The notes beneath the pieces were generated by a model. The model had not been told where the DNA came from, searched no databases, and saw nothing but the letters and a program-made list of their open reading frames with translations. From a virus (lineage: Duplodnaviria > Caudoviricetes), in the IMG/VR virus record IMGVR_UViG_3300043411_000844, positions 1 to 63,975 of that record: DNA of 63,975 bases; one strand, written 5' to 3'. This document shows positions 57,750 through 63,975 of this stretch, in pieces. The stretch's first letter is position 1. Each line of letters starts with the position of its first letter. Made by a program: the position numbers and the translations under genes.

Positions 57750-58160
57750 TCATGCGGCGTCGAACACTCGTGATCGTTCATGCCGATGCCGTCGCCAGAG
57801 GTCGTCGATCGTGTCCTGGCTCCGGTGCAGATGCTGCTTCAGACGGTGCTGGATCGCGTCGTCGAGCGGGTCCATGCCGCGCGTCTTGAAGGCATGGGTC
57901 TCGAGCCGCGGATGCGGCCGCTCGTGATGGTAGACCGAGCCCTGATAGCTCCAACTCTCGAGCGCCCACCCCTTGCCGGGGCCGGGCCCGATGTGGGCGA
58001 TCACCTCGATCTCGCCGAGAAACCAATCCTTGCCGGTTGCCGGGTCTTGCCGGGAAATCTCGAGCGTCACCGGATAGTCCATGGTCTCGTCCACGCGCCG
58101 ACCCTTCAGCCGGATCAGGAGACGCCGATGCGCCCACTGATCGATTGCCAGTGAATCCAT
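57750..58160 (-). CDS. Hypothetical early protein
   Basis: GGAG RBS; first ORF after the leftward promoter. Confidence 0.55.
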   Translation of the reverse strand: MDSLAIDQWAHRRLLIRLKGRRVDETMDYPVTLEISRQDPATGKDWFLGEIEVIAHIGPGPGKGWALESWSYQGSVYHHERPHPRLETHAFKTRGMDPLDDAIQHRLKQHLHRSQDTIDDLWRRHRHERSRVFDAA

Positions 58161-58286
58161 AGTTGCGTCTCCAACGGTTGAGACGCCCGTCCTGTTGCTT
58201 TGCGAAGGCTCGCCGGGGCGCTGAGGGATAATCGCGCCCCGCACTTTATCTGCCCGCTTACCCCAAACCGCCCCAGCGATGGAGTA

Positions 58287-58315
58287 TAATTAAAGCGGTG
58301 CTTGGAAAATGTCAA
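58287..58315 (-). promoter_or_regulatory. Leftward early promoter (PL-like) with operator AAGC-N3-GCTT
   Basis: TTGACA TTTTCCAAGCACCGCTT TAATTA. Confidence 0.75.
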
Positions 58316-58345
58316 GCATGTGAAAGCGCTTTTAGTAGAAAATTT

Positions 58346-58780
58346 CTAGGCCCGTGAAAGTCGGCCCCGCCGCGTGTGCTCGGTCATGACCCCGCAGATT
58401 TCAAGGTCGTTGGCGGTCGAGTAGGTGAGCGTCGGCCAGTCTGGATTGAGGGGCGCAAGCTCGATCAGCATCGCGTTGTCGTTGCCGCTGGGCTTTAATT
58501 TGTAGCGGCGGAAGACGTAGGTGTGACTCGCTTTGATGCAGGCGCACACATAGTCGCCCGGCAGCGGCTCGATGTCGGGATCAACGACGACGATGTCGCC
58601 GGCGCGGAACTCGGGCTCCATCGACGAATCATTGAGGATGACGGCCTGGGCGTTCGCGCCCGTTGCGAATTGAGTCTCGATGTACTCTGCTGACGGCATT
58701 GGCAAACCCAGCTTTTCAATCGATGTCAATGCCACGCGTCGCCCCCTGGTGATTTCCCTGACGATCGCTCCGCTCCATAG
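58346..58780 (-). pseudogene. CI repressor C-terminal S24 peptidase domain, separated from its HTH
   Basis: RRVAL...DSSMEPEFRAGDIVVVDP...YVFRRY...LAPLNPDWP...ICGV. Confidence 0.75.
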
Positions 58781-59361
58781 AGTTAGCCCGAGAGCAGGGT
58801 GCGCTCAAAGGTGACGTCGAGATCGACGGCGCTTACTTCGGCGGCTACGTCAAGCCAGCAAACAAAGCTGAGGACCGGAAAGACCGCCGCAAAGCAGCGA
58901 ACCAGTCGGGCAAGCGTCAGTCGGTGATTGTCGTGCGCGAGCGGAATGGCCGGACGGTGGCTCAAGCCGTGAAGCGCGAAGCCGATGGCGTTGCGGTTGC
59001 TCGCCAGACCATTGCCACGGGCGCCACCGTGCACGCTGACGAAGCCTCACATTGGGATCAACTCGCCGCGAACTTCCCGATAAAGCGGGTCAACCATCAA
59101 ATCGCGTACACGGGCCCAGAGGGGGCTTCGACAAATCAAGCAGAGGCATTCTTTAGTCGCCTCCGCAGATCCGAGATTGGCATTCATCACCATATCGCCG
59201 GCAAGTACCTCCAAGCCTACGCTACGGAGAGTGCTTGGCGCGAGGATATGCGTCGCCAGTCGAACGGTATTCAGTTTGCCGTGCTCCTAAGCGCAGGTGC
59301 GACCGCACCGAAATCGCAAGCATGGGCTGGCTACTGGCAGCGCTCGAAGCTCCGCACCTAG
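58780..59361 (+). pseudogene. 5'-truncated IS1595-family transposase (catalytic domain only)
   Basis: LKGDVEIDGAYFGGYVKP...VHADE...TNQAEAFFSRLRR...YATESAWR; in-frame stop at 58759, no Zn ribbon, no TIRs seen. Confidence 0.85.
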
Positions 59362-59624
59362 CTTCCACTTGTATCGTGCGGAGCGGCTTTTGCTGGCTCA
59401 ACCGCTTGCCCGCGGCGAGCAGCAGCCAATTCTTTGCGACGCAACTCAACCAAGGTCTCGATCATGTCGAGAGCTCTTTCTGTCTCCACGTTCGGTGAAG
59501 CCGTCAACTCGACGAATTCCCCGTCTTCAAAATCCCAACGCCCTAGGCGCCTTCCCACAGATTGCGGCGATTGCATCAGCATCTCAGATCCCTCAACCTT
59601 TTGTTTGAGTTGAGGTTCTTCCAT
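59358..59624 (-). CDS. Hypothetical ORF convergent with the transposase fragment
   Basis: Stop overlaps the transposase stop; may be a truncated IS passenger. Confidence 0.4.
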   Translation of the reverse strand: MEEPQLKQKVEGSEMLMQSPQSVGRRLGRWDFEDGEFVELTASPNVETERALDMIETLVELRRKELAAARRGQAVEPAKAAPHDTSGS

Positions 59625-59667
59625 TTTTGATTCAGGCCGTAAATGACTTTCGCTTCCTCCCTCATTC

Positions 59668-59898
59668 TCAATGAGGGCGAACAGTGCCCGTCCCCGTGCC
59701 CTTGGCGAGCCAGTCGACATTGGTGTTCAAGATCCTGGCGAGATCAGTGAGCCTCTCGATCCCCGGCAAATGCTCATCGCGCTCCCATTGCGAGATGGCT
59801 TGCGATGACACGCCGAGTTGTTGGGCCACGGCCACTTGCGTAAGCCGGGCTTGCTGTCGTGCGGAGCGTATGCGGCGACCGATAGTGCTGAATGGCAT
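59668..59898 (-). CDS. cI: CI repressor N-terminal XRE HTH (76 aa)
   Basis: IGRRIRSARQQARLTQVAVAQQLGVSSQAISQWE...VDWLAKG; divergent from cro. Confidence 0.85.
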   Translation of the reverse strand: MPFSTIGRRIRSARQQARLTQVAVAQQLGVSSQAISQWERDEHLPGIERLTDLARILNTNVDWLAKGTGTGTVRPH

Positions 59899-59946
59899 GC
59901 ACTAGAAATCGCATATTGCTCCGCTTGATTCATGCTAGCATTTCGC

Positions 59947-59975
59947 TTGACTTCATCCAAGCCGCGCTTTAATTT
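59947..59975 (+). promoter_or_regulatory. Rightward early promoter (PR-like) with operator AAGC-N3-GCTT
   Basis: TTGACT TCATCCAAGCCGCGCTT TAATTT, 6 nt before the cro ATG. Confidence 0.75.
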
Positions 59976-59981
59976 CTCCAC

Positions 59982-60212
59982 ATGATCGACATTCGTGCCG
60001 CAAGAGCTCTCAGGAGAGCCGTTAAAGTCGCGGGGAGCGCGACGAACCTTGCCAGGATGTGCGGGGTGACGTCGCAAGCCGTCGATCAGTGGCTGATGCG
60101 CGGGCGTGTGCCAGTGGCCCGTGTTCTCTGCATCGAGCAGTCGACGGGCGTTGCGCGTCACGAGCTCAGGCCGGACATCTACCCGCCGCCGGTTATGAGT
60201 CTCGCGTCCTGA
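59982..60212 (+). CDS. cro: Cro-like regulator (YdaS-type)
   Basis: GSATNLARMCGVTSQAVDQW...VP...GVARHELRPDIY. Confidence 0.88.
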   Translation: MIDIRAARALRRAVKVAGSATNLARMCGVTSQAVDQWLMRGRVPVARVLCIEQSTGVARHELRPDIYPPPVMSLAS

Positions 60213-60471
60213 CGATGTGACCAGTAGTCGCATTCGTTCTACTGTACATAAGTAGAGTGTATACGCAAGCACATAGTTCTGCGTTTGTTCCTAGCATATC
60301 TATCGTGAGTTGAGCCGCAGACTAGGGCGAGGCGGAGAGCGCGGGGCGTCCCTTCTCAAGTGCCCGGATACTTTGCCGAAGCGGTAACAGTCCTGTGTCC
60401 TCCGCCTCGCTCTGCTCTGTAAGTCGCGTGCGTGTCCGGTGTTTCCCTTAAACTCCAACGCAGCGAATCCG

Positions 60472-60969
60472 ATGGCCGCCAAACTTATCGACTTCAGATG
60501 GACGCCCTCGGTCGTCGAGAGGCTGCGGGCGATGTTTGCCGAGGGTCTGCCGTCAAGTATGATTGCTGAGCGGTTGGGTTGCAGCAGTCGCAGTGCTGTC
60601 ATCGGCAAACTGCATCGGTTGGGCCTTCGCCGCGACGCATTGGCGGTCACGCGCTCCAAGCGTCAGCAGGGGCGCAAGGCTTCCCGGAATATGCGGAAGA
60701 ATGCTCAGGTTCGGGCTGCTGTGAGCATCCCGCGGCGCGAATCCTCCCCTCTCATAAAGGCCGAGAGCTACGTCCCTCCGATCATGTCCGAGACGGCACC
60801 GCCGAATGCGACGTCGCTCGACGATCTCAGGCTTGATCAATGCCGCTGGCCCTACGGCGACACGGAGTTCGTGTTCTGCCCCGAGACCCAGGGCACCTGC
60901 TCGTCTTACTGCCCCGGTCACCATGCGCGCGTCTATACCGGCGTGCCTCCGCAGAGGAGGACGCATTGA
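60472..60969 (+). CDS. gcrA: GcrA-family transcription regulator
   Basis: WTPSVVERLRAMFAEG...SRSAVIGKLHRLGL and LDDL...CRWPYGD...FC...YCPGH. Confidence 0.92.
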   Translation: MAAKLIDFRWTPSVVERLRAMFAEGLPSSMIAERLGCSSRSAVIGKLHRLGLRRDALAVTRSKRQQGRKASRNMRKNAQVRAAVSIPRRESSPLIKAESYVPPIMSETAPPNATSLDDLRLDQCRWPYGDTEFVFCPETQGTCSSYCPGHHARVYTGVPPQRRTH

Positions 60970-61111
60970 CAGTGCGCGAGGCGATCTTCCCAGGATTGGA
61001 TGCTTCGCGCCGCCGGCATCGGCGCGCGAAGCTCCTCAACAGGCCCCAACGGGGCATTTCCTCCCTAGCCTGCCGGGGGCTTTGGCTCCCGGCTCTTTTC
61101 GGAGGGGCGAC

Positions 61112-61498
61112 ATGGCATTGATCGCACTAGGGCGCGCGCCGGAGCCTAAGCCGGCTGCTGCCGCCCGAGACCCGCGCGGAGTGAGGGCTTCAGCCGCGCG
61201 GGTCGATCTTGATGCGCTCGCGGAAACCGTTTTCTCGACGCGCAACCCTGACGACAAGGCGCGCCTGTTCGTCGCCTATCTCCGTGCGCTGGGCCTCGTC
61301 GGCCACGTGCTGCTCACCGATGTCGAGGAGCGCTACTGGGAGATCGCCGGGGCCTCCTGCCGCACGCATGCGGACTGGCAGTCGGCCTGGCGCTCGATCT
61401 CTCGGGCGCTGGGAAAAATCTGTGTGAAGAAGCAGCGCTGGGACCGTGGCGAGCGGCGCTCGTATCTGACGGTCCCGCCGATCGCGAGCGTGCAGTAG
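61112..61498 (+). CDS. Hypothetical protein
   Basis: GGAGG RBS. Confidence 0.55.
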   Translation: MALIALGRAPEPKPAAAARDPRGVRASAARVDLDALAETVFSTRNPDDKARLFVAYLRALGLVGHVLLTDVEERYWEIAGASCRTHADWQSAWRSISRALGKICVKKQRWDRGERRSYLTVPPIASVQ

Positions 61499-61659
61499 AA
61501 ACTATTTGGGCTCCGGTTGGCGCCGGAGCCCTTGATCTTGGTGGCGTGACGATCTCCCGGCAAGGAGATCGGATGTGTGAACGAAGGACTGGTCAGGTCG
61601 ATCTGCTCACTCGAACGCTCGGGTGGAGCGAAACATCAAGCCTCTCTGAAAGGCCCGAT

Positions 61660-63108
61660 ATGTACGCGCAAGATACCGGATTTGCACCGCCTGTCAACAG
61701 GCTCGGCGGCAGCGTCCCACACAATCTCCACGCCGAGCAGGCCCTCCTGGGGGCGATCCTCAACAACAATGAGGCGCTCGAGAAGGTCTCGGACTTTCTC
61801 AAGCCCGAGCATTTTTTCGAGCGGCTCCATGGTGTGATCTTCGACTCGATCGAGGCATATGTCCGGCAAGGGCGGACGGCCTCTCAAGTCACGATCGCTA
61901 CGGATTTCGAGGACTACCCGCCGGTCGAGGATGGCTTCGGCAAACCCTACTCCATCCCGCAATACCTTGGACACCTTGTCTACCAGCGCTGCATTGATTC
62001 ATCCGTTCGCGACTACGGCCAGACGGTATTCGATCTGTCGTTGCGTCGGCAGATGATGGACATCGCCGATGCGCTGAGCAGCGCTGCGCAGGAAGCGACG
62101 GCCGATACGCAACCGGCGAAGATCCTCGATCATATAGAGGCGCGCCTGTTCGCGCTGCGCCAATCGTCATCCAGCGTCTCTATCGATCTCGATATGGCGA
62201 CGGTTATTGACCAAGTGCTGGCTGCGGCCAAAGCGGCGGCAGAGTCCAATAGCAAGCTCGCGGGGTTGTCCACGGGCTTGCAAGACCTGGACAGCATGTT
62301 GGGGGGGCTTGCCCCCTCGGACCTGATCATCGTTGCCGGTCGCCCCGGAATGGGCAAGACGGCGATCGCCGCGAACATCGCGTTTTCGGTCGCTCGTTCC
62401 GGTGTGCATGTCGGAATCTTCTCAATGGAGATGAGTGCATCGCAGATCGGGATGCGTGTGCTTGGCGAGAAGGCCGGCGTTCAAAGCAACCGCATTCGCG
62501 TCGGCAGCGTCGAGCCCTCGGAGTGGCCGAAGATCGTCGAGGCGGCAGAAGGCTTGCGTGGGCAGCCGGTGCATATCGACCAGACCGGTGGACTGTCCGT
62601 CTCCCAATTGGGACTGCGAGCTCGGCGCATGCACCGCAGGCACAAGCTCGGGCTGATCGTCATCGACTACCTGCAACTGATGGCCGGCTCCGGCAACAAG
62701 GGGAACAGCCGCACAAACGATCTCACCGAGATCACGATGGGCATCAAAGCCCTGGCCAAGGAACTCGACATCCCGATCGTTGCGCTCTCGCAGCTCTCCC
62801 GTCAGGTCGAGCAACGCGACGACAAGCGGCCCATGCTGTCGGATCTCAGAGAGTCGGGTTCGATCGAGCAGGACGCCGACGTCGTGATGTTCGTGTTCCG
62901 TGAGGACTACTACCTCGAACGAGAGGAGCCTCCCTTCACGGAATATGACCGTCATGCCGATTGGGTCAATCGGATGAAGAATGTCCAAGGGATTGCCGAG
63001 GTGATCATCGGAAAGGCCCGGCACGGCCCGACCGGTAGGGTCAAGCTGGCATTCTCGAAAGAGTTCACGCGGTTTAGCGATCTCGCAAAGGGAGGGCAGG
63101 CGCAATGA
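61660..63108 (+). CDS. dnaB: Replicative DNA helicase
   Basis: PHNLHAEQALLG, GRPGMGKT, FSMEM, IDYLQL, LSQLSR, LRESGSIEQDAD, KARHG. Confidence 0.97.
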   Translation: MYAQDTGFAPPVNRLGGSVPHNLHAEQALLGAILNNNEALEKVSDFLKPEHFFERLHGVIFDSIEAYVRQGRTASQVTIATDFEDYPPVEDGFGKPYSIPQYLGHLVYQRCIDSSVRDYGQTVFDLSLRRQMMDIADALSSAAQEATADTQPAKILDHIEARLFALRQSSSSVSIDLDMATVIDQVLAAAKAAAESNSKLAGLSTGLQDLDSMLGGLAPSDLIIVAGRPGMGKTAIAANIAFSVARSGVHVGIFSMEMSASQIGMRVLGEKAGVQSNRIRVGSVEPSEWPKIVEAAEGLRGQPVHIDQTGGLSVSQLGLRARRMHRRHKLGLIVIDYLQLMAGSGNKGNSRTNDLTEITMGIKALAKELDIPIVALSQLSRQVEQRDDKRPMLSDLRESGSIEQDADVVMFVFREDYYLEREEPPFTEYDRHADWVNRMKNVQGIAEVIIGKARHGPTGRVKLAFSKEFTRFSDLAKGGQAQ

Positions 63109-63371
63109 TCGAGAACACCGAGGTCAATCTAGCGGCGCGCTTCTTCCTCGAGAGCGGCCTCGCTGTCGCCGAGGAGCAGGCCGAGCAGATGGCCGACATC
63201 CTCTATGCGCCGGAGCTTTCGGCAGATGCCGTGCTGTGCCTGCTCTGGCTCGGCGTGAAGAAGGGCGCGAGCTTCGACGTCGTCGCCCTGACGGACACCG
63301 AGATCAGCGAGGCGTGCGACGAGCTCGGCCACGTTCACCTGCTGTTCATGCCTTGCGCAGGGGAGGCATAG
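63105..63371 (+). CDS. Hypothetical protein
   Basis: ATGA-coupled to dnaB. Confidence 0.55.
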   Translation: MIENTEVNLAARFFLESGLAVAEEQAEQMADILYAPELSADAVLCLLWLGVKKGASFDVVALTDTEISEACDELGHVHLLFMPCAGEA

Positions 63372-63373
63372 CC

Positions 63374-63975
63374 ATGCGTGAACCTATCGAGCGCTGGGTC
63401 GCCAAGCCGTTCATGAAGTTCTACCCCTCCGACCCGGTGGACTGGTGGAAGGGCTGCGTTGCCGGCCCTGACGACCGCCCCCGCACGTCTCGGCGGCTGT
63501 CCTACCTCACCCTCGACGAGGAGGGGCTGTATCATCGCATATGCAACTGGATGTACCTGACAGGTTACGACTTGCCCGGCGACAACATGGAAGCCGCCAA
63601 GGAGTTGCATGTCAACCACAACCAGTATGCGGTGGTGCTCGAGCGGCTGATCTACAAGGGCGCGCTCATCCGCTACCAAGGCACCGTGATCAGCAACCGG
63701 GTGCTGAAGGAACGGATCGCCTTCATCGACAAGAAGCAGCCCAAGACCAGCGCCAAGGCCGTGGCGGCTCGCGAACGCGAGACGAAGGCTCGCATCGTGA
63801 GGGATAGCCCGATCGGGGATACGCTCAGGGGTCTGCGCAAGGGGTTGGGAGCCCCGGAATTTGCCGATGTCATTGCACAGATCGAAGTCGTTTTGTCCGA
63901 GTACAAATCAAGGGAAAATGACCCCCCCAGTCAAGACGCTTCACCCCCCCAGTCAAGCCCGTTGACCCCCCCAGT
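63374..63975 (+). CDS. Replication initiator, N-terminal part (YdaU/DUF1376-like), continues at position 1
   Basis: GGAGG RBS; PFMKFYPSD...LTLDEEGLYHRICNWMY...LP; no stop before the end of the window. Confidence 0.8.
   Translation, partial: MREPIERWVAKPFMKFYPSDPVDWWKGCVAGPDDRPRTSRRLSYLTLDEEGLYHRICNWMYLTGYDLPGDNMEAAKELHVNHNQYAVVLERLIYKGALIRYQGTVISNRVLKERIAFIDKKQPKTSAKAVAARERETKARIVRDSPIGDTLRGLRKGLGAPEFADVIAQIEVVLSEYKSRENDPPSQDASPPQSSPLTPP
63929..63975 (+). repeat. Terminal overlap identical to 1-47
   Basis: Exact match. Confidence 0.95.

Larger units (their letters stand above)
1..63975. mobile_element. Complete temperate phage genome (circular contig), podovirus-like virion module, probable alphaproteobacterial host
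   Basis: Terminal overlap; integrase, cI/cro, replication, packaging, capsid, tail and lysis modules all present; no host housekeeping genes; GcrA homologue. Confidence 0.93.

Noticed and set aside
63929-63975. 47-bp terminal repeat as a biological direct terminal repeat
   Set aside because: It falls mid-gene in the iteron array, as expected for an assembly overlap of a circular contig
1-63975. tRNA or rRNA genes and alternative genetic code
   Set aside because: No cloverleaf or T-loop signature noticed by eye, and core genes are full-length in the standard code; tRNAscan-SE would be needed to be sure

Overview
The window looks like a complete, circularly permuted temperate phage genome of about 63.9 kb. 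The last 47 nt repeat the first 47 nt, and one replication-initiator ORF reads in frame across the junction. A GcrA homologue and high GC point to an alphaproteobacterial host. Gene order is lambdoid in the early region (integrase/xis, Bet/Gp157 recombination, cI/cro, GcrA, DnaB, iteron-containing initiator, two DNA methyltransferases). The late region is podovirus-like (TerS, TerL, portal, scaffold, N4-gp56-type capsid, tail tube proteins, ejection proteins including a 2451-aa polyvalent protein, two fibres, endolysin/spanins). The most unusual element is a ~9.4-kb, translationally coupled cluster of ~11 apparently cytoplasmic glycan enzymes between terS and terL, a candidate virion- or DNA-glycosylation pathway. 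Other notable points are a C5 methyltransferase with a second subunit in an overlapping frame, an intact IS1595 element with passenger genes inserted exactly at a stop/start overlap, a cI repressor split by an IS1595 fragment, and a palindrome-dense attP region. All functional calls come from motifs read by eye and gene order; no searches were run.
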